A stretch of 63,996 bases of DNA, counting the filler, from Welwitschia mirabilis (Eukaryota): NCBI GenBank assembly GCA_051453625.1. It is 7 parts of one record of this genome, joined end to end, with 100 filler letters (N's around TTAATTAATTAA, not from the genome) between each part and the next. Parts side by side here need not be neighbours in the genome. Positions count along the whole stretch, not along the records: positions 19,950 to 41,884 come from JBOZIK010000001.1; positions 41,985 to 45,349 come from JBOZIK010000001.1; positions 45,450 to 54,166 come from JBOZIK010000001.1; 4 more parts are not named here. One strand, written 5' to 3'. Of the stretch, positions 36,855 through 49,020 are shown piece by piece; positions within the stretch are counted from its first letter, which is position 1, and each line of letters opens with the position of its first letter. Both the position numbers and the translations under genes were made by a program. The notes beneath the pieces were generated by a model. The model was not told the DNA's origin. It was given only the letters and a program-made list of their open reading frames with translations, and ran no database searches.

Positions 36855-37829
36855 ATTTAATAGCTGTCTGCTTTCTCTTCTTTTCATCTCCATCATCCAC
36901 TTTCTTTTCACATTCTTGATTCCCCTTATGCTTCTTTCAATCTTTATATAGGTACCATAACCCATCCTCTTCATGGCTCCATTCAGATTTTATAGAAGAG
37001 TACATAGTTGGTTTTTGGTTTAAGCTAAGATGATTGCATTCGTCATAACATTTCTTATTCTAATGAGAACTTACATTATTTCATGTCTAATCATTTAGAT
37101 GACTTCATATTCATGCAAGAGGTTGGTACACATCGATATGGGGTATCCACTTCTAATTTCACTACTCCTTACTCAATGGCTTGTGGTCAGCTTATCACAA
37201 ATATAGCCTTCTTTCATAACCATGTTAGTGAGATTCCCACTTACATAATCTATTTACTGTCAATTTTGATTAGTAGTGTTTCATTGGATTTGGCTTTCAT
37301 TATTTGTTCTTCCACTCTTTCCTAATTGACTCACATAAAGTAAAATGGGGGTAGAGTAAGTGTTCTTATGCATATATTTTACTTGATTTATATCTTTCTT
37401 TTATAGATTCTTGTGGTTTATAGTCCTTCAAATCTTCAAATGNNNNNNNNNNNNNNNNNNNNNNNNNNCATGATATTCCTATCCATTCTTTACTTTAGTC
37501 TTGATCTTCTTTAACTACGGAGGGTAAAGGTTCCAAGGATTTTAACCTTGGAAAGAAATCTTAGGGTACCTTTTCTATTCCATTTGAGATGTGGTCTTTA
37601 TACAAGAATTTTGAATAGCATATGTATTTTTGTTGACTATTTTTTGGTTTGTTTTTATATTATAAATGATTAAGGCTTCTAGTTTACATGAATCTTTTTC
37701 ATTGTAAACATGAGAAGGCTTATGTTACTCGCCTAGTACTTGAGGAACTTGAAGAGGAAGAATCCCCTTAGCTTTGTCCATTGTCACCAATCTCATGGAG
37801 TGTTATTTAGCTTTCTTTTGCTTTGTCTA

Positions 37830-37933
37830 ATGATCAGCCACATTTGGACTGAGACACGGCCTAGACTCCTACGGGAGGCAGCAGTGGGGAATTTTCCACA
37901 ATGGGCAAAAGCCTAATAGAGCAATGTCGCGTG
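37830..37933 (+). rRNA. rrn16: Plastid 16S rRNA gene fragment inserted in nuclear DNA (NUPT, non-functional)
   Basis: Contains the universal ACTCCTACGGGAGGCAGCAG followed by a decayed plastid/cyanobacterial signature GGAATTTTCC(G>A)CAATGGGC(G>A)AAAGCCT; only 104 bp long and embedded in AT-rich DNA. Confidence 0.92.
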
Positions 37934-40739
37934 AAGCCTTCATTTCTTTTTTTATTGATTATGATACTTACATAGAATCTTCTTTTTTTTTATTTTAGGT
38001 ACTTCACTTCAAAATTTAATGGAAGATAATCTTGAGTTTACTCCACGACATCTAGGAAACGCTTTCCATTTACCAATTAATGGAGGATTATATAGTAATA
38101 AGTGATTCTTTTTTTTTTTGTTTCTTTCACTGAGCTATTCATGAATTTCTTATTCCTTTTTGATTCCCATAGGGAGGAGGTCCTAAATTATTTTGATAAA
38201 TTAATAAATAAGAGGAATATATTGTATTATACCCTCTACTTTCAACCTCCTAGCTTGAGTTCACTAGTTATCCAAAAGTTTTTAGAACCTCCTCATCATC
38301 CACCTACTACTCATCAAAACACTTCTAATGAGTAAGATCTAGTATTCTACCATACTAATCAATTTTTGAAAGTGGTGAATACTCTTTACCAAAATGTTAA
38401 GGAGCTCATGAATTAGCTGGGAGAGTACCAAACTCTTTCTAGTTTATTACATGCATAGGTCGCTCATCTGTACCACTTTGATGACTTTTACACTTATCAT
38501 CATTTTAAAGTAGTAGATTTTCCATAGGATTTTTAGTATAGCTGTTCTGCATGTTTTACCTCTCATTGTCCTTCACAGTAAGAATGGCCTACTATACTTT
38601 GAGAGTTTTACAACTTGGTCAATATGATGAAACCCTTCTATTGTATGTCTTGGCATGAGTTTGAGGAACTAGAACCCATAAGTGATTCCCTTTATATGCT
38701 AAAAAATTAGGTGAAAAATATATGCCTTTCTAAGAAGAAGTCTCAAATAGATGCTTCCTAAATTATGACTTTAAAGGAGAGTCAATCTTCCCTATTTTTT
38801 CACTTAGTAAAAAGTAACAAAATGATTCAAACTTATGCAGACCAACTAGCCATTATCATTGATGACATTAATGTTTTATACCACAGTGACAAGCTCTCCA
38901 AGGAGCATCTCTTAGACAATTTAGTGGCTTACAGTAAGCTTTATATAAAGCTTTATAAGAATTCATATCCTATTGTCAAGGAAAATTATATGGTGGGCTC
39001 TTCTTCTATTAAGATTAGCACTGTAGTGGTTCCTTAGACTACTACTAGAATGGACGTAATCCTAAGTGGTGTGGAGCCATCCATTCCAAGCACAGAGTGT
39101 TATAATACTATTCCATTATCTATGGAGGACTTTTACCTCCTCAACGATGATTTCCTGATTTCTACTATTCTACGATGTCATGCTCTATGTTCTATTTACT
39201 AGTACTTATGTTGTTTTTTGTACTTCGTATCTTATGTAATGATTTCCTTTTGGTTTATTCCTTAATGTTATTTTTCTATTCTTGAAATTATAATACTGGG
39301 TTTCTTTCTTTATTTTTCTTTTAAGTAGTAGTTTACTACTTGGCATTGCATCTAATACCAAATATAATATTCCATTTTACCAATTCAAGATCATTTCATT
39401 GCAAATCTAAACATGTAAATATTATACCAGGATCAATAATAATAATAAGAAATAATTTAAGAAAAGATGGACTTTATTATTGATAGTAATGGGTTACATT
39501 CCTTATTATTAGTGAATAGCCCTGGGCTATTGGTTAAAGGTAAAGATGTAAATTATAGCCTGAATCCCCCTTCTAAGACCCTTTAAAATTAGCCAAGGTT
39601 ATCGTTGGTTATACCCATCCAACCTATCCAACCCCACCTAACATCATAGGTTTAAATAGCATAATGAAAGGACATAGTTTTACATATTTGGGTTACACCC
39701 ATTCGTAACAACTCATTAATCATGCTTATTTAACTTGATACTTCTTTACTAATAGCGAATTTTAAACATTACACTGTTTTATAATAATGGAGTTTCTAAT
39801 TCAAGTTTTAAAATGTTTTATAACTGAATCATGATAAAAACTAAGATTCATATTATAGTCTATGAGCTTTTGTGATGACTTCCCTATCTTTGGAGGCACC
39901 AAAGGATTTTTTCCTTACCAATTTTTAAGAAAATATGGAAATAATTAAACTTGTAATATGCAAATGTAAAAAATTAGTGAAAAAGAGCACCTATCAAAGA
40001 AAAAAGCATGTATTGTGCTACCTATGAAGATTTATTCCAAAACCAAGATGTCTATGCTAAGAGACCTAAGAAAAATTAGGCCAAAAAGGAACTCTAAAAG
40101 GGATACCTACAAAGTGTAGGATTGAAAATAAAAGATGATGATTACTTCTCTAAACAAAAAGGGTTAAAACCCTCATTTTTTACACAAGTTCTATGTCTAA
40201 TATAGTTCTTAAAAAACATCCAATAATGAAATATGTCTAAGATGATGAAAGTAGATTTCTATCTTAGCAAAAAATATCTTTTGATACTAAACTTTATGAA
40301 TTACCTATATACTATAAATACATCTACACATGCAAAGACATCTATTTCGAAAAATTAAATAAAACATACCTAACCTTAATAGACATCTAGCATAAAAATG
40401 CATCTTCTCTAGAGACATCTACATTCTGAAGATGTCTTCATTATAGACATCTTTAACTTAATGATATCTTTCATAAGAAATAAAAAAACTATAAAATTCT
40501 ATAGCTATCATCATGATTATACTAGTTTAAGATTTAATTATAATCTGAACTCATAGAATATCATAATGTGAACTTGATATTTTAAGAGTAATTACTTAAT
40601 GACTTACCTAATTGGATAAGGCCCAATCCATAATTTTCTGCACAATTTAACAAACCTGTTACAACTTACTGGTTTAGTAAAGATATGAATAATTTGGTGG
40701 TTAGCATTAACTTATTCCAATATAATATCTTGTTTTGTA

Positions 40740-41790
40740 CATATTCTCTAAGAAATTGATAACTAATCTTGATATCTTTGGTTCTTCAATGTTAAATTAG
40801 GTTCTTCAAAATGTTGATAGAACAGTTTTTGTCATAAAATATGGGAATGATTTCCACGAATAGTCTAAAATCTTTTAATTTTCTCTTTATTCAAAGTAGC
40901 TAAGCACAATAAGTTCTAGTAGAAATGTATTTAACCTTAGTAGTTGAGATAGCAATTGACTTTTGCTTTTTACTGTTCCAAGATAACAAACATTGCTCAA
41001 GCAAAAAGCAAGTTCCATTAGTACTCCTTTAACCATCCTTGCATCTTACCCAATCTACATCACAATATCCAACTAGATCAAAGCAGGGGTTCTTTAAGTA
41101 CTAAAGGTCCTAATTAGTAATATCTTTTAGATAGTGAAAATTTCTTTCTACTTCTATAAGATGTGATTCTTAAGGATTACTTAATAATAAGCATAAATCC
41201 ATACACTCAGAATGATGTTAAGCCTACTAGCAATAAAATATAATAAACTATAAATCATACCTCTGTATTGATTCTAGTCGATTTTCTTGTCATGTTCATC
41301 TTTGTCTAGTTTTATTATTTAGTTTATTGGGATATCTTTAGCCTTACAATCCTGTAGGCCATACTTGACTAGCAAATTATTAACGTATTTAATTCGAGAA
41401 ATGAATATACCTTATTTATGTTGCACTACTTGAAGCATTAAGAAGTTTCTCATCCCTTTTATGAGACACATTTCAAACTCATCCTGCATAATCTTAGCAA
41501 ACTTCTTACATAATAATTTATTAGTAGTACCAAAAATAATATTATCCATGTAGATTTCTACAATAGTAAATTTTTACCATCACTTTTAATAAACATTATA
41601 ACATCAAATGTAACTCTTTTAAATCCATTTTCTATTAGATGATCTAAGAGTTTCTTGTACTTAGTTTAGGAGCTTGCTTAAGATCATAAAGGCCTCTTTT
41701 TATTTGTAAATGTAGTTTGTTCTATGAGAGTTGATAAACCTTTAGATTTCTCAACATATATTTCCTTTTGAATTATTCCATTTAAGAGGC
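40740..41790 (-). mobile_element. Ty1/copia RT-RNase H fragment
   Basis: Minus strand LVGYCDVDW...RSTNGTCFLLEQCLLSWNSKKQKSIAISTTKVKYIS; IYMDNIIFGT; FAKIMQDEFEM. Confidence 0.85.
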
Positions 41791-41928
41791 ATAGTGGTAG
41801 GGTCTACTTGGATTTCATCACTAAGTTAAGAGGGAGTTATAAGTATAATTAATCTTGAAATTTATTGAGTTTAAGGTATAATTANNNNNNNNNNNNNNNN
41901 NNNNNNNNNNNNNNNNNNNNNNNNNNNN

Positions 41929-41940
41929 TTAATTAATTAA
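41929..41940. other. Synthetic contig linker
   Basis: 44N-TTAATTAATTAA-44N. Confidence 0.97.
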
Positions 41941-41984
41941 NNNNNNNNNNNNNNNNNNNNNNNNNNNNNNNNNNNNNNNNNNNN

Positions 41985-44900
41985 TTCAGTTCATTTCTTT
42001 GCATCTACTTCAGATGACTCCTTTAGGATCTGGTCAGTCCTCACTAGAGGTAATCATAACTGAGCAGTTTCTTTCATGTATTTTGGTCCAAATCTTTCAC
42101 TTGCAAAACTCAATCTCATCTGCACACAATATGTAACAATTTGCACTACATCAGAGAAATTAGTTTGACATCAATTAACAAATATAACCTAAAAATCTTC
42201 CCCTTTGACATTGATGGTAAACAATTTAGTGATTTCAAAGATTTAAACAATTTGAACTCATTCACTAAACATTTTTAAGAGTACATTAAAAAATGAAAAA
42301 TCTTCCCCTTACATCAAGACATATACATATATAAATAAAGAGTAAAATAGGTAATCTTTTCTCCCCCTTTAACTAAGTAGCACAAAATCTTCAAAAATTA
42401 TAATTAATAATACTATTGAAAGTACTACATCTTCTCTCCTCTTTTGACATAGCAAATAAATATAAAAATTATATATATGGCCACAAATATCAAGTATATT
42501 TGCTCCCTCTATCTTGATATCAAATGATACATAATGAGAATCCAAAAATTTGATACACCCTTAGAGCACTATGAATACGAATTATGGAAGGACAATGNNN
42601 NNNNNNNNNNNNNNNNNNNNNNNNNNNNNNNNNNNNNNNNNNNNNNNNNNNNNNNNNNNNNNNNNNNNNNNNNNNNNNNNNNNNNNNNNNNNNNNNNNNN
42701 NNNNNNNNNNNNNNNNNNNNNNNNNNNNNNNNNNNNNNNNNNNNNNNNNNNNNNNNNNNNNNNNNNNNNNNNNNNNNNNNNNNNNNNNNNNNNNNNNNNN
42801 NNNNNNNNNNNNNNNNNNNNNNNNNNNNNNNNNNNNNNNNNNNNNNNNNNNNNNNNNNNNNNNNNNNNNNNNNNNNNNNNNNNNNNNNNNNNNNNNNNNN
42901 NNNNNNNNNNNNNNNNNNNNNNNNNNNNNNNNNNNNNNNNNNNNNNNNNNNNNNNNNNNNNNNNNNNNNNNNNNNNNNNNNNNNNNNNNNNNNNNNNNNN
43001 NNNNNNNNNNNNNNNNNNNNNNNNNNNNNNNNNNNNNNNNNNNNNNNNNNNNNNNNNNNNNNNNNNNNNNNNNNNNNNNNNNNNNNNNNNNNNNNNNNNN
43101 NNNNNNNNNNNNNNNNNNNNNNNNNNNNNNNNNNNNNNNNNNNNNNNNNNNNNNNNNNNNNNNNNNNNNNNNNNNNNNNNNNNNNNNNNNNNNNNNNNNN
43201 NNNNNNNNNNNNNNNNNNNNNNNNNNNNNNNNNNNNNNNNNNNNNNNNNNNNNNNNNNNNNNNNNNNNNNNNNNNNNNNNNNNNNNNNNNNNNNNNNNNN
43301 NNNNNNNNNNNNNNNNNNNNNNNNNNNNNNNNNNNNNNNNNNNNNNNNNNNNNNNNNNNNNNNNNNNNNNNNNNNNNNNNNNNNNNNNNNNNNNNNNNNN
43401 NNNNNNNNNNNNNNNNNNNNNNNNNNNNNTTGCTGCTATTGCTGCTGCAAAACTTTTCAATAAACCGGGCAACTAAGTATTAAACCGGTCGACCGACTTA
43501 TGCTAGTCGACTGAAGATGATGTTCGGTCAACCAACCTACACTTAATGATAGGACAGATAAAGAACCCCTAGTTCTATCTGCTAATTATTAATCTGTAGA
43601 GACAAAATTCATAGATATATGACCTCTTTCTATCTGATCATGAATAAAATGGTGTCTAAGTTTGATATGCTTCGTTATCGAATGTTGTACTAAATTTTTA
43701 AAAATATTGATAGCACTGGTATTGTCGCAAAAAGTAGGAACTTATTCAAAAGACATTCACAAAATCTCTTAACATTTNNNNNNNNNNNNNNNNNNNNNNN
43801 NNNNNNNNNNNNNNNNNNNNNNNNNNNNNNNNNNNNNNNNNNNNNNNNNNNNNNNNNNNNNNNNNNNNNNNNNNNNNNNNNNNNNNNNNNNNNNNNNNNN
43901 NNNNNNNNNNNNNNNNNNNNNNNNNNNNNNNNNNNNNNNNNNNNNNNNNNNNNNNNNNNNNNNNNNNNNNNNNNNNNNNNNNNNNNNNNNNNNNNNNNNN
44001 NNNNNNNNNNNNNNNNNNNNNNNNNNNNNNNNNNNNNNNNNNNNNNNNNNNNNNNNNNNNNNNNNNNNNNNNNNNNNNNNNNNNNNNNNNNNNNNNNNNN
44101 NNNNNNNNNNNNNNNNNNNNNNNNNNNNNNNNNNNNNNNNNNNNNNNNNNNNNNNNNNTGTAAAGTTTTTAATCTATTGATTTACCATTTTCATCCAAGC
44201 TTACTTTTCATGAACTAGACATAGGAGTATCAACTGTCATTGCATTTTCTAATCCAAATCGTTTGATCAAATCTCGTGCATATTTAGATTGAGAAATAAA
44301 TATTCCATCATTTATTTGTTTTATTTTTAGTCCAAGAAACATTTTAACTTTACCCAGCATACTCATTTCAAATTAATCTGTCATAATATTTGAAAATTCT
44401 TTTGACAAATTTTCATTTAAGGAACCAAAAATAATATCGTTCACATAAANNNNNNNNNNNNNNNNNNNNNNNNNNNNNNNNNNNNNNNNNNNNNNNNNNN
44501 NNNNNNNNNNNNNNNNNNNNNNNNNNNNNNNNNNNNNNNNNNNNNNNNNNNNNNNNNNNNNNNNNNNNNNNNNNNNNNNNNNNNNNNNNNNNNNNNNNNN
44601 NNNNNNNNNNNNNNNNNNNNNNNNNNNNNNNNNNNNNNNNNNNNNNNNNNNNNNNNNNNNNNNNNNNNNNNNNNNNNNNNNNNNNNNNNNNNNNNNNNNN
44701 NNNNNNNNNNNNNNNNNNNNNNNNNNNNNNNNNNNNNNNNNNNNNNNNNNNNNNNNNNNNNNNNNNNNNNNNNNNNNNNNNNNNNNNNNNNNNNNNNNNN
44801 NNNNNNNNNNNNNNNNNNNNNNNNNNNNNNNNNNNNNNNNNNNNNNNNNNNNNNNNNNNNNNNNNNNNNNNNNNNNNNNNNNNNNNNNNNNNNNNNNNNN

Positions 44901-47900
44901 NNNNNNNNNNNNNNNNNNNNNNNNNNNNNNNNNNNNNNNNNNNNNNNNNNNNNNNNNNNNNNNNNNNNNNNNNNNNNNNNNNNNNNNNNNNNNNNNNNNN
45001 NNNNNNNNNNNNNNNNNNNNNNNNNNNNNNNNNNNNNNNNNNNNNNNNNNNNNNNNNNNNNNNNNNNNNNNNNNNNNNNNNNNNNNNNNNNNNNNNNNNN
45101 NNNNNNNNTGAAAAATTCTAACGGATGATCCTTTAGAAGTTTAGGCTTTTTCATTATACCTTCTTTTACTTAAGCTTCCTTTGTTTCAGTAACACATTCA
45201 TTTGTGGTGGAAATACTTGGGTTTATGATTTCTTCTTCATCTGAGTTGCTTACCTTTGGATCAATCTCATCAATTTGCATATTTATTAATTCTTTTACAG
45301 TTAAGCTTCTTTTGTTGAACACACGGTAGACTTTATTCTTGTTGAGTATNNNNNNNNNNNNNNNNNNNNNNNNNNNNNNNNNNNNNNNNNNNNTTAATTA
45401 ATTAANNNNNNNNNNNNNNNNNNNNNNNNNNNNNNNNNNNNNNNNNNNNTTATCTATTCTGCTAGCTTTAGGAATCACATCATTTGATTTTTCATGTATA
45501 ATTTCACATTTCGATTTATTAAAGACTACTTAATAACCTTTATCACAAATTTGACTAATGCTCAATAAATTGTGCTTTAAACCACTTACATATAAAACTT
45601 CATTAATTCTAAAAATGTTACCTCCACCAATGCTTCCAATGCCTTCTATTTTTGCTCTTCCATTGTCTCTGAAGGTTACTTCTCCTCCATCAAAGTGGTT
45701 TATATGTTCAAATCTAGATTTATCTCTTATTATGTNNNNNNNNNNNNNNNNNNNNNNNNNNNNNNNNNNNNNNNNNNNNNNNNNNNNNNNNNNNNNNNNN
45801 NNNNNNNNNNNNNNNNNNNNNNNNNNNNNNNNNNNNNNNNNNNNNNNNNNNNNNNNNNNNNNNNNNNNNNNNNNNNNNNNNNNNNNNNNNNNNNNNNNNN
45901 NNNNNNNNNNNNNNNNNNNNNNNNNNNNNNNNNNNNNNNNNNNNNNNNNNNNNNNNNNNNNNNNNNNNNNNNNNNNNNNNNNNNNNNNNNNNNNNNNNNN
46001 NNNNNNNNNNNNNNNNNNNNNNNNNNNNNNNNNNNNNNNNNNNNNNNNNNNNNNNNNNNNNNNNNNNNNNNNNNNNNNNNNNNNNNNNNNNNNNNNNNNN
46101 NNNNNNNNNNNNNNNNNNNNNNNNNNNNNNNNNNNNNNNNNNNNNNNNNNNNNNNNNNNNNNNNNNNNNNNNNNNNNNNNNNNNNNNNNNNNNNNNNNNN
46201 NNNNNNNNNNNNNNNNNNNNNNNNNNNNNNNNNNNNNNNNNNNNNNNNNNNNNNNNNNNNNNNNNNNNNNNNNNNNNNNNNNNNNNNNNNNNNNNNNNNN
46301 NNNNNNNNNNNNNNNNNNNNNNNNNNNNNNNNNNNNNNNNNNNNNNNNNNNNNNNNNNNNNNNNNNNNNNNNNNNNNNNNNNNNNNNNNNNNNNNNNNNN
46401 NNNNNNNNNNNNNNNNNNNNNNNNNNNNNNNNNNNNNNNNNNNNNNNNNNNNNNNNNNNNNNNNNNNNNNNNNNNNNNNNNNNNNNNNNNNNNNNNNNNN
46501 NNNNNNNNNNNNNNNNNNNNNNNNNNACCATAATTGGTTACCTAATTTGCTGTGCTTGTGGTTTCTTTGAAATGAACCCAATACCTAGTTTATTTCCAAC
46601 TATTTTATGAACTCCAAGCATTTGTTCCAATTTGGTAAATCCACCTGAAAACTTATTAACAAAATATGATAAATCTTTTACTTATAAAGTGAGATTGGTG
46701 TTTTTGGATTTTACTTTTTCAAAGCTTGATTCCAACTCATTCTTTTCTTTGTTGAGGGATTTTATAACCTTGTTNNNNNNNNNNNNNNNNNNNNNNNNTG
46801 ATACAATTCTTCACAAGGGTCTTTCATATCAACTTCATCTTTATCATTGACTAAGAAATTTGAAACATTCTGTAAAGGTGGCACAAAAGCCATAAAAGAG
46901 AGTCTTCTTTCTCTATTATGCTCTTTTGCATTTCTTTTATCTTCTTCACTTGAACCTTATGAGTTTTTTCTTTCTACCATCTGTTTAAACATATATCCAC
47001 ATGCTATCTAGAAAAAATAGATAAAGGCACAGGTGTTTAGGGAGAGCATGCTAAAGAATTCATCAAAGATATTATCCATTAATGAGTTCTAAGTCTAGAT
47101 CTATTAAAATCTCTCAAAGACTAACCTGAGTTATGATATTAAATGATAGGATCNNNNNNNNNNNNNNNNNNNNNNNNNNNNNNNNNNNNNNNNNNNNNNN
47201 NNNNNNNNNNNNNNNNNNNNNNNNNNNNNNNNNNNNNNNNNNNNNNNNNNNNNNNNNNNNNNNNNNNNNNNNNNNNNNNNNNNNNNNNNNNNNNNNNNNN
47301 NNNNNNNNNNNNNNNNNNNNNNNNNNNNNNNNNNNNNNNNNNNNNNNNNTTCTTCCAAGCTTGACCTCAGATCTTTGTTACTTCAAAATTTTTACCAGAT
47401 TCACCTATTAACCCTTACAAACGGACTTTTATAGGCTAAGTCTCAACCTTAATAATGTACTTTTACAGGCTTAGTCTCAACCTTAGAAAGTAATAGATGT
47501 GATGTAATACAGCCTTGGTAGCTCAGATATTACACGTTCAGTATTAATAAGCTCTTCTTTAATGGAATACAATGATGAAGCCCTTTGATCTGATTCTAAG
47601 TAAAGTTCTTTTGCCAAGAATAGATATGAATCAATACAAAGATGTGTCAATGAAATATACTACTTGATCATTCAGATCCAAAATGAATATACTGGTTTAG
47701 AAAAGTGCCAAAAGGATTTCTAGGTCATCGCTTGTCTAGGTATTTATAATGAAGGATTACTTAGATTTATTACAATTGACTTGCCTCCAATTACTATAAA
47801 CAACTACAAAAACGGCTAGGTAACAACTAGGTAATGGATACATAATGTCTACCATTTTTACTTTTCTACATCATCCAGTTGATCCCACAAACATTCGGTT

Positions 47901-49020
47901 GACTTCATAAAAACTTGGTCAACCCTATTCGGGGTCTGGTTGACCCCTTGTTTTATTGTCTGGAACTATGGACTATTAGCTTCTCAAGTTCGGTCGACCT
48001 CATGATAGATCCGATTGATCCCTTTCTTCTTGGTCTGGGACTTGACTATTAGTTCCTCAGGTTGACCCCATGAATATCTGGTCAACCCCTTTCCATTCGG
48101 TTCAGGGATACTGGCTTTTAAGGTCATAGGTCTAGTTGACACCTTCATATTCGGTCGACCCCTCTAGGTTTAGTTCATTTCTTTATGTCTGCTTCAGATG
48201 CGGTCAACTCCTTTAGCATCTGATCGACCCCCATTGGAGGTAATCATAACTAAGTAGTTTCTTTTGTGNNNNNNNNNNNNNNNNNNNNNNNNNNNNNNNN
48301 NNNNNNNNNNNNNNNNNNNNNNNNNNNNNNNNNNNNNNNNNNNNNNNNNNNNNNNNNNNNNNNNNNNNTCATCTCTTTCCTAGGGATTTATAATGGAGGA
48401 TTACTTAGGTTTATTACAATTGAATTGCGCCTCCAATGACTATAAACAACTACAAAAACAGCTAGGTAATGACTAGGTAATGGATACATAACGTCTACCA
48501 TTTTTACTTTTCTGCATCATCCAGTTAATCCCACAAAAATTCAGTCGACTTCATAAAAACTCGGTCAACCCTATCTTGGGTCCGGTTGACCCCTTGTCTC
48601 ACTATCTGGAACTATAGACTATTAGCTTCTCAAGTTTGATCGACTCCATGATAGATCTGGTTAATCCCTTTCTTCTCGGTCTGGGACTTGACTATTAGTT
48701 CCTTAAATTTGGTCGACCCCCTGAATATCTGGTCGGTTCAGGGATACTGGCTCTTAAGATCATAGGTCTGGTTGACCCCTTTATATTTGGTTGACCCCTC
48801 TAGGTTTAGTTCATTTCTTTGTATCTGCTTCAGATGAAGTCGACCCCTTTAGCATCCGGTAAACCCCCATTGGAGGTAATCATAACTAAGCAGTTTCTTT
48901 CGTGCATTTTGGTCCAAATCTTTCACCTGCAAAACTCAATCTCATCTACACACAATATGTAATAATTTGCACTACACCAGAGAAATTAGTTTGACATTAA
49001 TTGGTAAATATAACCTAACA
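41985..49020 (-). mobile_element. Sirevirus (SIRE/Maximus copia lineage) element, gapped: 3' LTR part 41985-42194, multiple PPTs 42195-42520, RT ~44160-44450, pol 45108-45735, 5' LTR ~47350-49020
   Basis: 41985-42194 matches 48810-49020 (LTR end ...ATATAACCTAACA). Repeated CTCCCCCT-like tracts follow the left LTR. Pol reads GGEVTFRDNGRAKIEGIGSI...VLYVSGLKHNLLSISQICDKGY; RT reads FEMSMLGK..FLGL.IKQ..DGIFISQSKY. Reverse TATA TATTTATAAT at 47741. Crosses a linker, so contiguity is not proven. Confidence 0.8.
45394..45405. other. Synthetic contig linker
   Basis: 44N-TTAATTAATTAA-44N. Confidence 0.97.

Noticed and set aside
37830..37933. Bacterial contamination or a functional rRNA gene
   Set aside because: Only 104 bp, contiguous with plant-like DNA, and mutated at conserved sites with a C>T/G>A bias.
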